Part shown: one piece after another, positions 45,531-58,859 of the stretch
How positions within the stretch are numbered: the stretch's first letter is position 1
Layout of the letters: each line of letters opens with the position of its first letter
Origin: Escherichia coli
GTDB lineage: Bacteria; Pseudomonadota; Gammaproteobacteria; Enterobacterales; Enterobacteriaceae
DNA: 64,000 nucleotides
Strand: one strand, 5' to 3'
Assembly: GCF_041248615.1 (NCBI RefSeq)
Contig: NZ_CP158426.1
The notes under the pieces: generated by a model
Seen by the model: the letters and a program-made list of their open reading frames with translations, nothing else
Database searches by the model: none
Told to the model about the DNA's origin: nothing
Position numbers and translations under genes: made by a program

Positions 45531-45547
45531 TTAAAGAGAGTTTGAGC

Positions 45548-47257
45548 ATGTCTGAAGAAAAATTAGGTCAACATTATCTCGCCGCGCTGAATGAGGCATT
45601 TCCCGGCGTCGTGCTGGACCACGCCTGGCAGACCAAAGATCAGCTGACTGTCACCGTAAAGGTGAACTACCTGCCGGAAGTGGTGGAGTTTCTTTACTAC
45701 AAACAGGGTGGCTGGCTGTCGGTGCTGTTTGGCAACGACGAACGCAAACTGAATGGTCATTACGCCGTTTACTACGTGCTGTCGATGGAGAAGGGCACTA
45801 AGTGTTGGATTACGGTTCGCGTCGAAGTTGACGCCAACAAACCGGAGTATCCGTCCGTGACGCCGCGCGTTCCGGCGGCGGTGTGGGGCGAGCGCGAAGT
45901 GCGCGATATGTACGGTTTGATTCCGGTTGGTCTGCCGGATGAACGTCGTCTGGTGCTGCCGGATGACTGGCCGGATGAACTTTATCCGCTGCGTAAAGAC
46001 AGCATGGATTATCGTCAACGTCCGGCACCGACTACCGATGCTGAAACCTACGAGTTCATCAACGAACTGGGCGACAAGAAAAACAACGTCGTGCCGATTG
46101 GTCCGCTGCACGTCACTTCCGACGAACCGGGTCACTTCCGTCTGTTCGTCGATGGCGAAAACATTATCGACGCCGACTACCGCCTGTTCTATGTCCATCG
46201 CGGCATGGAAAAACTGGCGGAAACCCGCATGGGTTACAACGAAGTGACCTTCCTCTCTGACCGTGTGTGCGGGATCTGCGGCTTTGCTCACAGCACCGCC
46301 TACACCACGTCGGTGGAAAACGCGATGGGTATTCAGGTGCCAGAACGTGCGCAGATGATCCGCGCCATTCTGCTGGAGGTAGAACGCCTGCACTCGCATC
46401 TGCTCAACCTCGGCCTCGCCTGTCACTTTACCGGCTTCGACTCCGGCTTTATGCAGTTCTTCCGCGTGCGTGAAACCTCCATGAAAATGGCAGAGATCCT
46501 TACCGGTGCACGTAAAACCTACGGCCTGAACCTGATCGGCGGGATTCGTCGCGATCTGCTGAAAGATGACATGATCCAGACCCGTCAACTGGCACAGCAG
46601 ATGCGTCGTGAAGTGCAGGAGCTGGTGGATGTGCTGCTGAGCACACCGAACATGGAACAGCGCACCGTCGGCATTGGTCGTCTGGATCCGGAAATCGCTC
46701 GCGACTTCAGTAACGTTGGCCCGATGGTCCGTGCCAGCGGTCACGCCCGTGATACCCGTGCCGATCACCCGTTTGTTGGTTATGGCCTGCTGCCAATGGA
46801 AGTCCACAGCGAGCAGGGCTGCGACGTTATTTCCCGTCTGAAAGTGCGTATCAACGAAGTCTATACCGCGCTGAATATGATCGATTACGGTCTGGATAAC
46901 TTGCCGGGCGGCCCGCTGATGGTGGAAGGCTTTACCTACATTCCGCACCGTTTCGCGCTGGGCTTTGCCGAAGCGCCGCGCGGCGACGATATCCACTGGA
47001 GCATGACCGGCGACAACCAGAAGCTGTACCGCTGGCGCTGCCGTGCGGCGACCTACGCGAACTGGCCGACCCTGCGCTACATGCTGCGCGGCAACACCGT
47101 TTCCGATGCGCCGCTGATTATCGGTAGCCTGGACCCTTGCTACTCCTGTACCGACCGCATGACCGTGGTCGATGTGCGTAAGAAAAAGAGCAAAGTGGTG
47201 CCGTACAAAGAACTCGAGCGCTACAGCATTGAGCGTAAAAACTCGCCGCTGAAATAA
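45548..47257 (+). CDS. hycE: hydrogenase 3 large subunit
   Basis: ORF 45527..47257 over-extended; start at MSEEKLGQHYLAAL (569 aa); NiFe motifs RVCGICGFAH and C-terminal DPCYSCTDR. Confidence 0.93.
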   Translation: MSEEKLGQHYLAALNEAFPGVVLDHAWQTKDQLTVTVKVNYLPEVVEFLYYKQGGWLSVLFGNDERKLNGHYAVYYVLSMEKGTKCWITVRVEVDANKPEYPSVTPRVPAAVWGEREVRDMYGLIPVGLPDERRLVLPDDWPDELYPLRKDSMDYRQRPAPTTDAETYEFINELGDKKNNVVPIGPLHVTSDEPGHFRLFVDGENIIDADYRLFYVHRGMEKLAETRMGYNEVTFLSDRVCGICGFAHSTAYTTSVENAMGIQVPERAQMIRAILLEVERLHSHLLNLGLACHFTGFDSGFMQFFRVRETSMKMAEILTGARKTYGLNLIGGIRRDLLKDDMIQTRQLAQQMRREVQELVDVLLSTPNMEQRTVGIGRLDPEIARDFSNVGPMVRASGHARDTRADHPFVGYGLLPMEVHSEQGCDVISRLKVRINEVYTALNMIDYGLDNLPGGPLMVEGFTYIPHRFALGFAEAPRGDDIHWSMTGDNQKLYRWRCRAATYANWPTLRYMLRGNTVSDAPLIIGSLDPCYSCTDRMTVVDVRKKKSKVVPYKELERYSIERKNSPLK

Positions 47258-47266
47258 GGAATCGCC

Positions 47267-47809
47267 ATGTTTACCTTTATCAAAAAAGTCATCAAAACCG
47301 GCACGGCGACCTCGTCTTATCCGCTGGAGCCGATTGCGGTTGATAAAAACTTCCGTGGTAAGCCAGAGCAGAACCCGCAGCAGTGCATCGGCTGCGCGGC
47401 CTGCGTCAATGCCTGCCCGTCAAACGCCTTAACGGTTGAAACCGACCTCGCCACAGGAGAGCTTGCCTGGGAGTTTAATCTCGGGCGCTGCATCTTCTGT
47501 GGACGCTGCGAAGAAGTTTGCCCGACGGCGGCGATCAAACTGTCGCAAGAGTACGAACTGGCGGTGTGGAAGAAAGAAGACTTCCTGCAACAGTCCCGTT
47601 TCGCGCTGTGCAACTGCCGCGTCTGCAATCGTCCTTTCGCCGTCCAGAAAGAGATCGACTACGCCATTGCGCTGCTTAAGCACAATGGTGACAGCCGCGC
47701 GGAAAACCACCGCGAAAGCTTTGAGACTTGCCCGGAATGTAAGCGCCAGAAATGCCTGGTGCCGTCCGACCGTATTGAACTGACTCGCCATATGAAAGAG
47801 GCCATCTGA
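47267..47809 (+). CDS. hycF: formate hydrogenlyase subunit 6 (iron-sulfur)
   Basis: 180 aa; two 4Fe-4S motifs. Confidence 0.93.
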   Translation: MFTFIKKVIKTGTATSSYPLEPIAVDKNFRGKPEQNPQQCIGCAACVNACPSNALTVETDLATGELAWEFNLGRCIFCGRCEEVCPTAAIKLSQEYELAVWKKEDFLQQSRFALCNCRVCNRPFAVQKEIDYAIALLKHNGDSRAENHRESFETCPECKRQKCLVPSDRIELTRHMKEAI

Positions 47810-48576
47810 TGAGCAATTTATTAGGCCCCCGTGACGCCAACGGCATTCCGGTCCCGATGACGGTGGATGAATCCATCGCCAGCATGAAGGCGTCGTTACT
47901 GAAAAAAATCAAACGTTCTGCCTACGTTTACCGCGTGGACTGCGGCGGCTGCAACGGCTGCGAAATCGAAATTTTCGCCACGCTTTCGCCGCTGTTTGAT
48001 GCAGAACGCTTCGGCATTAAAGTCGTTCCTTCACCGCGTCATGCGGATATTTTACTGTTTACCGGCGCGGTCACCCGTGCAATGCGATCCCCTGCGCTGC
48101 GTGCGTGGCAGTCCGCGCCGGACCCGAAAATTTGTATCTCCTACGGTGCCTGCGGTAACAGCGGCGGGATCTTCCACGATCTCTACTGCGTGTGGGGCGG
48201 TACGGATAAAATCGTCCCGGTGGATGTTTATATCCCTGGCTGCCCGCCAACGCCTGCCGCCACGCTGTACGGCTTTGCAATGGCGCTCGGCCTGCTGGAG
48301 CAGAAAATTCACGCCCGTGGGCCGGGTGAGCAGGATGAACAACCGGCGGAGATCCTGCATGGCGATATGGTGCAGCCGCTGCGCGTGAAAGTGGATCGCG
48401 AAGCTCGCCGCCTGGCGGGTTACCGTTACGGTCGCCAGATTGCCGATGACTTCCTGACACAGTTAGGGCAGGGCGAAGAGCAGGTTGCACGCTGGCTGGA
48501 AGCGGAAAACGATCCGCGTCTGAACGAGATTGTCAGCCATCTGAATCATGTTGTTGAAGAGGCGCGTATCCGATGA
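47809..48576 (+). CDS. hycG: hydrogenase 3 small subunit
   Basis: 255 aa; NuoB-like CGGCNGC...GCPP motifs. Confidence 0.93.
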   Translation: MSNLLGPRDANGIPVPMTVDESIASMKASLLKKIKRSAYVYRVDCGGCNGCEIEIFATLSPLFDAERFGIKVVPSPRHADILLFTGAVTRAMRSPALRAWQSAPDPKICISYGACGNSGGIFHDLYCVWGGTDKIVPVDVYIPGCPPTPAATLYGFAMALGLLEQKIHARGPGEQDEQPAEILHGDMVQPLRVKVDREARRLAGYRYGRQIADDFLTQLGQGEEQVARWLEAENDPRLNEIVSHLNHVVEEARIR

Positions 48577-48983
48577 GTGAAAAGGTGGTGTTCAGTCAAC
48601 TGAGCCGTAAATTTATTGATGAGAACGATGCCACGCCCGCCGAGGCGCAGCAGGTGGTCTATTACAGCCTGGCGATTGGTCACCACCTTGGGGTTATCGA
48701 TTGCCTGGAAGCGGCGCTCACCTGTCCGTGGGATGAATATCTGGCATGGATTGCCACTCTGGAGGCGGGCAGCGAAGCCCGCCGCAAAATGGAAGGCGTG
48801 CCGAAATATGGTGAGATCGTCATCGACATTAACCATGTGCCGATGCTGGCCAACGCATTCGATAAAGCCCGGGCTGCGCAAACTTCGCAGCAGAAAGAAT
48901 GGAGTACAATGCTGTTAAGTATGCTGCATGATATTCATCAGGAAAACGCCATCTATTTGATGGTGAGGAGATTGCGTGACTGA
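48573..48983 (+). CDS. hycH: formate hydrogenlyase maturation protein HycH
   Basis: 136 aa; operon position. Confidence 0.9.
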   Translation: MSEKVVFSQLSRKFIDENDATPAEAQQVVYYSLAIGHHLGVIDCLEAALTCPWDEYLAWIATLEAGSEARRKMEGVPKYGEIVIDINHVPMLANAFDKARAAQTSQQKEWSTMLLSMLHDIHQENAIYLMVRRLRD

Positions 48984-49446
48984 CGTTTTACTCTGTGTTG
49001 GCAATAGCATGATGGGCGATGATGGCGCAGGTCCGCTGCTGGCGGAAAAGTGTGCCGCCGCGCCGAAAGGTAACTGGGTGGTGATTGACGGCGGTAGCGC
49101 ACCGGAAAACGACATCGTCGCTATTCGCGAACTGCGCCCGACACGACTGTTGATTGTCGACGCCACGGATATGGGGCTAAACCCCGGCGAGATCCGCATC
49201 ATCGATCCGGATGATATCGCCGAGATGTTTATGATGACTACCCATAACATGCCGTTGAACTACCTTATCGACCAGTTGAAAGAAGACATTGGCGAAGTGA
49301 TTTTCCTCGGCATCCAGCCGGATATCGTCGGCTTTTACTACCCGATGACCCAGCCGATTAAAGACGCCGTAGAAACCGTTTATCAACGACTGGAAGGCTG
49401 GGAAGGGAATGGCGGATTCGCGCAGTTAGCGGTGGAAGAAGAGTAG
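48976..49446 (+). CDS. hycI: hydrogenase 3 maturation protease
   Basis: 156 aa; N-terminus VLLCVGNSMMGDDGAGP typical of hydrogenase maturation endopeptidases. Confidence 0.92.
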   Translation: MTDVLLCVGNSMMGDDGAGPLLAEKCAAAPKGNWVVIDGGSAPENDIVAIRELRPTRLLIVDATDMGLNPGEIRIIDPDDIAEMFMMTTHNMPLNYLIDQLKEDIGEVIFLGIQPDIVGFYYPMTQPIKDAVETVYQRLEGWEGNGGFAQLAVEEE

Positions 49447-49506
49447 TTCGTAGACAAACATGTTCACGTTTTGGAATTTGGACGTGCAATTGTGACGTGT
49501 AGACAG

Positions 49507-49527
49507 GTGTTTACATATTGTGAACAC
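49507..49527. promoter_or_regulatory. imperfect palindrome GTGTTTACA-N3-TGTGAACAC; candidate antitoxin operator
   Basis: 9-bp arms with one mismatch, about 85 nt upstream of the HigB-like ORF; a related GTTCAC half-site lies at 49462-49467. Confidence 0.35.
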
Positions 49528-49612
49528 CCGTGTGATCAACTACTATAGAAAAATAAATCCGAAGGAATGGTAGTCCAGGTTTAGTCATTCAGGCGCTAAT
49601 AAGGAAGTTAAA

Positions 49613-49924
49613 ATGCACATCATTTCGAAAGCGCCATTTGAAGAGTGTGCGCGCAAATATCCTAACGACGCTCTGGCTCTACACTCATTGTATCGGGTTA
49701 TTAAGGAAACGGATTTTTCTACACCAGAAGAAATGCGAACGGCGTTTCCTAACCTCGACAATTTTAAATATCGCAACAAATGGTACGTTCTGGATGTCGG
49801 CGGGAACAATCTTAGGGTTATTGCCTACATAAACTTTGTTAATAAGCGGTTCTTTGTGAAGCACATAACGAATCACGCAGAGTATGACAAACTGACACGT
49901 TACTACAGAGAGAACAAAGAATGA
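49613..49924 (+). CDS. HigB-like type II toxin (RelE/ParE superfamily mRNA interferase)
   Basis: 103 aa; alignable by eye to K-12 HigB as I recall it (shared ...KYP...FPSLDNFKY...GGNELRVVA... pattern); AAGGAAG RBS. Confidence 0.8.
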   Translation: MHIISKAPFEECARKYPNDALALHSLYRVIKETDFSTPEEMRTAFPNLDNFKYRNKWYVLDVGGNNLRVIAYINFVNKRFFVKHITNHAEYDKLTRYYRENKE

Positions 49925-50340
49925 CTGCTAATGCTGCACGCGCTGTTAAAGCAACAAGAGAACTGGTCAATGCAGTCCCCTTTCTGGGAGGCAGTGACTC
50001 AGAAGATGATTATCGTGAAGCACTGGAACTGGTCGAATATTTGATTGAAGAAGATGACACCAATCCACTTATCGACTTTCTGGCGAGCCGCATTGCAGAA
50101 TATGAAAACAACAACGAAAAGTTTGCAGAGTTCGACAAAGCCGTTGCAGCAATGCCGGTTGGCGTGGCGTTACTTCGTACGCTGATTGATCAACATAATT
50201 TGACCTATGCGGATTTGAAGAACGAAATCGGCTCTAAATCTCTGGTCAGTCAGATTTTGTCTGGGCAACGATCCCTGACGATATCCCATATTAAGGCACT
50301 TTCAGCCCGATTTGGCGTTAAGCCGGAATGGTTTCTTTGA
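49921..50340 (+). CDS. HigA-like antitoxin (XRE-family HTH)
   Basis: 139 aa; 4-nt ATGA overlap with the toxin gene; resembles K-12 HigA as I recall it (AVPFLGG, GSKSLVSQILSGQRSLT). Confidence 0.8.
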   Translation: MTANAARAVKATRELVNAVPFLGGSDSEDDYREALELVEYLIEEDDTNPLIDFLASRIAEYENNNEKFAEFDKAVAAMPVGVALLRTLIDQHNLTYADLKNEIGSKSLVSQILSGQRSLTISHIKALSARFGVKPEWFL

Positions 50341-50366
50341 TTTTGACTGATGCCAAACCCAAGATT

Positions 50367-50391
50367 GCCCGATGCGCAACGCTTATCGGGC
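50367..50391. terminator. hairpin between convergent higA-like gene and ascB
   Basis: Perfect 7-bp stem GCCCGAT/ATCGGGC with 11-nt loop followed by TTTCCTGGTT. Confidence 0.4.
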
Positions 50392-50418
50392 TTTCCTGGT
50401 TCGTGCGACGGTAGTTAC

Positions 50419-53309
<2,891 letters not shown>

Positions 53310-53565
53310 CGGATTTTATCCTGTTATCAGTAGGGTAGATGTAGTTGTTATCAGTCGACGTGACGGAAAAATGCCGATGCTGAAACGGAATTAGGAAACC
53401 GGTTTCACAAAATCATGAATAGTTGTCACTAAATAAGCAAGAGAGTTAATTGTTCATTTTTTATATTTGTGAAACCGGTCACCTGAATATTTTTCCCGCC
53501 GATTGCGCAAGGACAATCGGCAAACGGTGCAGTACACTGCGTTGATTGCGTGTAAAGGGATGAAA

Positions 53566-54579
53566 ATGATGACGACGATGCTGGAAGTGGCGAAGCGCGC
53601 CGGGGTTTCAAAAGCGACCGTTTCCCGCGTGCTTTCAGGTAATGGCTACGTCAGCCAGGAGACTAAAGATCGCGTGTTTCAGGCGGTAGAAGAGAGCGGT
53701 TACCGCCCAAACTTGCTGGCGCGCAATCTGTCGGCGAAGAGTACTCAGACGCTGGGGCTGGTCGTGACCAACACGCTTTACCACGGCATTTATTTTAGTG
53801 AATTACTCTTTCATGCCGCGCGAATGGCGGAAGAGAAAGGGCGACAGTTGCTATTGGCAGATGGTAAACACAGCGCCGAAGAAGAGCGCCAGGCGATTCA
53901 GTATCTGCTGGATTTGCGCTGCGACGCCATTATGATTTACCCGCGTTTTTTAAGCGTGGATGAGATTGATGACATCATTGACGCACACAGTCAGCCGATA
54001 ATGGTGCTTAATCGCCGCCTGCGCAAAAACAGCAGCCATAGCGTCTGGTGCGATCATAAACAGACCAGCTTTAACGCCGTGGCAGAGTTGATAAACGCCG
54101 GACATCAGGAGATTGCTTTCCTTACCGGCTCGATGGATTCTCCCACCAGCATTGAACGTCTTGCCGGGTATAAAGACGCGCTGGCGCAGCATAGTATTGC
54201 GCTCAATGAAAAACTTATCGCTAACGGTAAATGGACGCCCGCCAGCGGGGCCGAAGGGGTAGAAACGTTGCTCGAACGTGGGGCTAAATTTAGCGCGTTA
54301 GTTGCCAGTAACGACGATATGGCGATAGGTGCGATGAAAGCGTTACACGAGCGCGGCGTAGCGGTGCCAGAGCAGGTGTCAGTTATCGGATTCGATGATA
54401 TCGCTATTGCCCCCTATATCGTTCCGGCGCTCTCCAGCGTAAAAATTCCGGTGACTGAGATGATTCAGGAAATTATTGGACGGCTGATTTTTATGCTCGA
54501 TGGCGGGGATTTCTCACCGCCGAAAACCTTCAGCGGAAAATTGATCTGCCGCGACTCACTCATTGCCCTTTCGCGATAA
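53566..54579 (+). CDS. ascG: LacI-family repressor of the asc operon
   Basis: ORF 53503..54579 over-extended; start at MMTTMLEVAKRAGVSKATVSRVL (53566) with AAAGGGA RBS; 337 aa. Confidence 0.9.
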   Translation: MMTTMLEVAKRAGVSKATVSRVLSGNGYVSQETKDRVFQAVEESGYRPNLLARNLSAKSTQTLGLVVTNTLYHGIYFSELLFHAARMAEEKGRQLLLADGKHSAEEERQAIQYLLDLRCDAIMIYPRFLSVDEIDDIIDAHSQPIMVLNRRLRKNSSHSVWCDHKQTSFNAVAELINAGHQEIAFLTGSMDSPTSIERLAGYKDALAQHSIALNEKLIANGKWTPASGAEGVETLLERGAKFSALVASNDDMAIGAMKALHERGVAVPEQVSVIGFDDIAIAPYIVPALSSVKIPVTEMIQEIIGRLIFMLDGGDFSPPKTFSGKLICRDSLIALSR

Positions 54580-54592
54580 ACATTGTCATCAC

Positions 54593-54627
54593 ATGTCATC
54601 GTCACTAGTGTCGATGACATCGTTTTT
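54593..54627 (+). terminator. 28-bp near-perfect palindrome plus T-run after ascG (terminator and/or regulator site)
   Basis: ATGTCATCG-N10-CGATGACAT with internal palindrome CACTAGTG, followed by TTTTT; 14 nt after ascG stop, about 100 nt upstream of hydN. Confidence 0.45.
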
Positions 54628-54727
54628 CCTGCATTGCAGAATTTAATTTCTTTAAATAACAGTAAATTAAAAACTGGCATGATTTGTGAATGTATCGGCG
54701 CATTAACTGTCATTGCTGGAGAATTTG

Positions 54728-55255
54728 ATGAACCGTTTCATCATTGCTGACGCGAGTAAATGTATTGGTTGCCGTACCTGTGAAGTGGCGTGCGTGGTTT
54801 CTCATCAGGAGAATCAGGACTGTGCATCGCTGACCCCGGAAACTTTTTTACCGCGAATCCATGTCATTAAAGGTGTGAACATTTCTACGGCAACAGTCTG
54901 CCGTCAGTGTGAAGATGCACCGTGCGCTAACGTCTGCCCGAATGGTGCTATCAGCCGTGATAAAGGGTTTGTTCATGTGATGCAGGAACGTTGCATTGGT
55001 TGCAAAACCTGCGTTGTGGCTTGCCCGTATGGCGCGATGGAAGTGGTGGTACGTCCGGTGATTCGCAACAGCGGCGCGGGGCTGAATGTACGGGCTGACA
55101 AAGCCGAAGCCAATAAATGCGACCTCTGTAACCATCGTGAAGACGGCCCGGCGTGTATGGCGGCTTGCCCGACCCATGCGCTGATTTGTGTCGATCGTAA
55201 TAAACTTGAACAACTGAGCGCAGAAAAACGTCGCCGTACGGCGCTGATGTTCTAA
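54728..55255 (+). CDS. hydN: electron transport protein HydN (4Fe-4S ferredoxin-type)
   Basis: ORF 54713..55255; start at [22 protein letters not shown] (54728) with GGAG RBS; 175 aa. Confidence 0.92.
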   Translation: MNRFIIADASKCIGCRTCEVACVVSHQENQDCASLTPETFLPRIHVIKGVNISTATVCRQCEDAPCANVCPNGAISRDKGFVHVMQERCIGCKTCVVACPYGAMEVVVRPVIRNSGAGLNVRADKAEANKCDLCNHREDGPACMAACPTHALICVDRNKLEQLSAEKRRRTALMF

Positions 55256-55407
55256 AAATCTTACAGAACTGTTCTGGTATCAAAGGAATTCCCGGAAATA
55301 TTCGTAGAATACGAAGCGGGCAGTATCGCCGACCTGTGACTGCCGGATGCGACGCGCTCGTGTCCGGCTGGGCGGGTTACGCAATTCATGATGGCGGGAA
55401 TAACTCA

Positions 55408-57648
55408 ATGGCAAAAAACACATCTTGCGGTGTCCAACTGCGTATTCGTGGCAAAGTGCAGGGCGTCGGTTTTCGTCCGTTTGTCTGGCAGCTGGCACAG
55501 CAATTAAATCTTCACGGCGATGTCTGTAATGACGGCGATGGAGTGGAAGTCCGGCTGCTGGAAGACCCGGAAACGTTTCTTGTGCAGTTGCATCAGCACT
55601 GCCCGCCGCTGGCGCGTATTGATAGCGTCGAGCGTGAGCCGTTTATCTGGTCACAACTGCCCACCGAGTTCACTATCCGTCAGAGCACAGGCGGAGTCAT
55701 GAATACGCAAATTGTTCCCGATGCCGCGACTTGTCCTGCCTGTCTTGCTGAAATGAATACCCCGGGCGAGCGGCGTTATCGTTATCCGTTTATCAACTGT
55801 ACCCACTGCGGCCCACGTTTCACCATTATTCGCGCGATGCCTTACGACCGCCCGTTTACCGTGATGGCGGCGTTTCCGCTGTGTCCGGCCTGTGACAAAG
55901 AATATCGCGACCCGCTCGATCGTCGCTTCCACGCCCAGCCGGTGGCCTGCCCGGAGTGTGGCCCCCATCTTGAATGGGTAAGTCATGATGAACATGCGGA
56001 ACAAGAGGCGGCATTACAGGCAGCTATCGCACAGTTAAAAATGGGCAACATTGTCGCCATCAAAGGGATTGGCGGATTTCATCTTGCCTGCGATGCACGT
56101 AACAGTAACGCGGTGGCGACACTTCGGGCGCGCAAACATCGCCCGGCGAAACCGCTGGCGGTCATGTTGCCAGTGGCTGACGGTTTACCAGACGCTACGC
56201 GCCAGTTGCTTACCACGCCCGCCGCGCCGATTGTGCTGGTGGATAAAAAATATGTACCTGAGCTTTGTGATGATATCGCCCCTGGCCTTAACGAAGTCGG
56301 GGTAATGTTGCCTGCGAACCCGCTCCAGCATTTGCTGTTACAGGAACTGCAATGCCCGCTGGTGATGACCTCCGGTAACCTGAGCGGTAAACCACCGGCT
56401 ATCAGCAACGAACAGGCGCTGGCGGATTTGCAGGGCATTGCCGACGGATTCTTGATACATAACCGCGACATCGTGCAGCGGATGGATGATTCGGTGGTGC
56501 GTGAAAGCGGCGAAATGCTGCGCCGTTCGCGGGGGTATGTGCCGGATGCGCTGGCTTTGCCTCCGGGCTTTAAAAATGTTCCGCCTGTGCTGTGTCTCGG
56601 CGCGGATCTGAAAAATACCTTCTGCCTGGTGCGCGGTGAACAAGCAGTGTTGAGTCAGCATCTGGGCGATTTAAGTGACGATGGCATCCAGATGCAGTGG
56701 CGCGAAGCGTTACGCCTGATGCAAAACATCTACGATTTTACCCCGCAATACGTTGTGCATGACGCACATCCGGGCTATGTCTCCAGCCAGTGGGCGCGCG
56801 AAATGAATCTGCCGACGCAAACGGTGCTGCATCATCATGCTCATGCGGCGGCGTGTCTGGCAGAACATCACTGGCCACTGGATGGCGGTGATGTCATTGC
56901 GTTGACGCTCGACGGTATCGGTATGGGGGAGAACGGCGCTTTATGGGGCGGCGAGTGCCTGCGGGTGAACTATCGCGAATGCCAGCACCTGGGCGGCTTG
57001 CCTGCAGTGGCGCTTCCGGGGGGCGATTTGGCGGCGAAGCAGCCGTGGCGTAACCTGCTGGCGCAGTGCCTGCGCTTTGTGCCGGAGTGGCAGAATTACC
57101 CTGAAACGGCAAGTGTGCAACAGCAAAACTGGAGCGTGCTGGCGCGGGCCATTGAGCGTGGAATTAACGCGCCGCTGGCATCATCGTGTGGACGTTTGTT
57201 CGATGCTGTGGCGGCGGCACTGGGCTGTGCGCCAGCCACGTTAAGCTATGAAGGTGAAGCGGCTTGTGCTCTGGAGGCGCTAGCAGCTTCATGCGACGGA
57301 GTGACGCATCCGGTGACGATACCGCTGGTGGACAATCAACTGGATCTCGCCACTTTCTGGCAGCAGTGGCTGAACTGGCTGGCACCGGTTAATCAACGCG
57401 CGTGGGCGTTTCATGATGCGCTGGCGCAGGGTTTTGCCGCGTTGATGCGTGAGCAGGCCACGATGCGCGGTATCACTACGCTGGTATTTAGCGGTGGGGT
57501 TATTCATAACCGATTGCTGCGTACACGCCTGGCGCATTATCTCGCTGATTTCACATTACTCTTTCCGCAGAGTTTACCGGCGGGTGATGGCGGCTTGTCT
57601 CTGGGGCAGGGGGTTATTGCTGCGGCGCGCATCCTGCATGCTGCATAG
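55408..57648 (+). CDS. hypF: [NiFe]-hydrogenase maturation carbamoyltransferase HypF
   Basis: ORF 55336..57648 over-extended; start at [25 protein letters not shown] (acylphosphatase-like N-terminus); zinc-finger CxxC pairs; about 746 aa. Confidence 0.9.
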   Translation: MAKNTSCGVQLRIRGKVQGVGFRPFVWQLAQQLNLHGDVCNDGDGVEVRLLEDPETFLVQLHQHCPPLARIDSVEREPFIWSQLPTEFTIRQSTGGVMNTQIVPDAATCPACLAEMNTPGERRYRYPFINCTHCGPRFTIIRAMPYDRPFTVMAAFPLCPACDKEYRDPLDRRFHAQPVACPECGPHLEWVSHDEHAEQEAALQAAIAQLKMGNIVAIKGIGGFHLACDARNSNAVATLRARKHRPAKPLAVMLPVADGLPDATRQLLTTPAAPIVLVDKKYVPELCDDIAPGLNEVGVMLPANPLQHLLLQELQCPLVMTSGNLSGKPPAISNEQALADLQGIADGFLIHNRDIVQRMDDSVVRESGEMLRRSRGYVPDALALPPGFKNVPPVLCLGADLKNTFCLVRGEQAVLSQHLGDLSDDGIQMQWREALRLMQNIYDFTPQYVVHDAHPGYVSSQWAREMNLPTQTVLHHHAHAAACLAEHHWPLDGGDVIALTLDGIGMGENGALWGGECLRVNYRECQHLGGLPAVALPGGDLAAKQPWRNLLAQCLRFVPEWQNYPETASVQQQNWSVLARAIERGINAPLASSCGRLFDAVAAALGCAPATLSYEGEAACALEALAASCDGVTHPVTIPLVDNQLDLATFWQQWLNWLAPVNQRAWAFHDALAQGFAALMREQATMRGITTLVFSGGVIHNRLLRTRLAHYLADFTLLFPQSLPAGDGGLSLGQGVIAAARILHAA

Positions 57649-57691
57649 TGGCGGATGTGGCGTAACTAAGCGTAAAAAGAGCGCGGACAGT

Positions 57692-57713
57692 CCCCTCGCC
57701 CTTTGGGCGAGGG
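57692..57713. terminator. hairpin between convergent hypF and norW
   Basis: 9-bp stem CCCTCGCCC/GGGCGAGGG with 3-nt loop. Confidence 0.45.
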
Positions 57714-57725
57714 AGAAAACCATGC

Positions 57726-58859
57726 CTACACCGGCAACGTTTTCAACAATCCAAACGCCTCTTTCATCCGATCCTCACTGACCACAAAGGCGCGAAGCTG
57801 GTCGGCATCATCAACACCGCGCGCCACCATTCCCTGGCGTTCGGTATTAATTTGCCAGCGTAAATCCTGACGCTGGGTTTCGCCTGCCAGATGCAGCGGT
57901 AATTCTGGCGTTTTGATTTTCACCAGCATCGCCGGGAGTTTCAGCGGCGTGTTATTGCCGAGAAGATTTTTTGCCAGCACCATCGCGCTAAGTTGAATCG
58001 GCTGGAGGAACGGCAATACCTGACCGTTAATTTCCGTGCAATCGCCCAGCGCATAAATATCGGCATTACTGGTTTGCAGATAACTATCGACGCAAACGCC
58101 GCGATTAATCGTCAGCCCGGCGCGTCGTGCCAGGGCGGTTTCCGGGCGCAGTCCGGTGGCGGCAATTACCGCATCCACTTCGATGCTGCGCTGGCGGTCC
58201 AGCGTTGCCAGAATGCCAGAATCCGTTTTTTCCAGCCCCTGCAACTGAGATTTTAACAGCAGATGAACGCCAATCTCCGTCAACCGATGCTGCAAGCGGC
58301 TGCTTACTTCCGGTGGCATTAACGATGCCAGAATACTGGCAGCGTTGTCGATTAGCGTGACCGCTTTGCCTGCACGACAAAAATCCATCGCCAGTTCGCT
58401 ACCAATCAAGCCACCGCCAACAATCAATACGCGTCGGGCATCCCGCAGTTGCGTTTCACAGGCGCGATACTCTTGCTGACTATTTAATGTCAGCATTAAC
58501 TCACGCCCAGGCACTGGCGGGACAAAGGCGCTGGCTCCGGTTGCCAGCACTAACTTGTCGTATTGCCACTGATTATTCTGACTTTTCACCACATGGGCTT
58601 CGGCATCGATATCCGTCACCCAGGTGTGCGGAAACAGGTGCAGATTAAACTGCTCGGCAAATTCACCCGCCGTCTGGCGGGTAAGGTCATCGGCACGTTG
58701 CCCCTGGCTGATAACATGGCTGAGATCCGGTTTGTTGTACTCATCCATGCTGTCGGCGGCAATCAGAGTTAATGGAATACTGGCGTCCTGTTTGCGAATA
58801 TTTTTCACCAGTTGGCGGGCGGCGAAGCCCGAACCAATGATCACAATGCCGTTGCTCAT
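57726..58859 (-). CDS. norW: NADH:flavorubredoxin reductase
   Basis: 377 aa; FAD motif [10 protein letters not shown]; overlaps norV stop. Confidence 0.93.
   Translation of the reverse strand: MSNGIVIIGSGFAARQLVKNIRKQDASIPLTLIAADSMDEYNKPDLSHVISQGQRADDLTRQTAGEFAEQFNLHLFPHTWVTDIDAEAHVVKSQNNQWQYDKLVLATGASAFVPPVPGRELMLTLNSQQEYRACETQLRDARRVLIVGGGLIGSELAMDFCRAGKAVTLIDNAASILASLMPPEVSSRLQHRLTEIGVHLLLKSQLQGLEKTDSGILATLDRQRSIEVDAVIAATGLRPETALARRAGLTINRGVCVDSYLQTSNADIYALGDCTEINGQVLPFLQPIQLSAMVLAKNLLGNNTPLKLPAMLVKIKTPELPLHLAGETQRQDLRWQINTERQGMVARGVDDADQLRAFVVSEDRMKEAFGLLKTLPV

Noticed and set aside
45563-46996. 477-aa minus-strand ORF, the largest unassigned ORF in the track
   Set aside because: Lies entirely antisense within hycE, whose sense frame has clear NiFe-hydrogenase motifs; long antisense ORFs are expected by chance in GC-rich coding sequence.
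54670-54690. CTGGCATGATTTGTGA as a sigma-54 promoter for hydN
   Set aside because: -24 GG is present but the -12 GC is missing at the right spacing; too weak to call as a feature.
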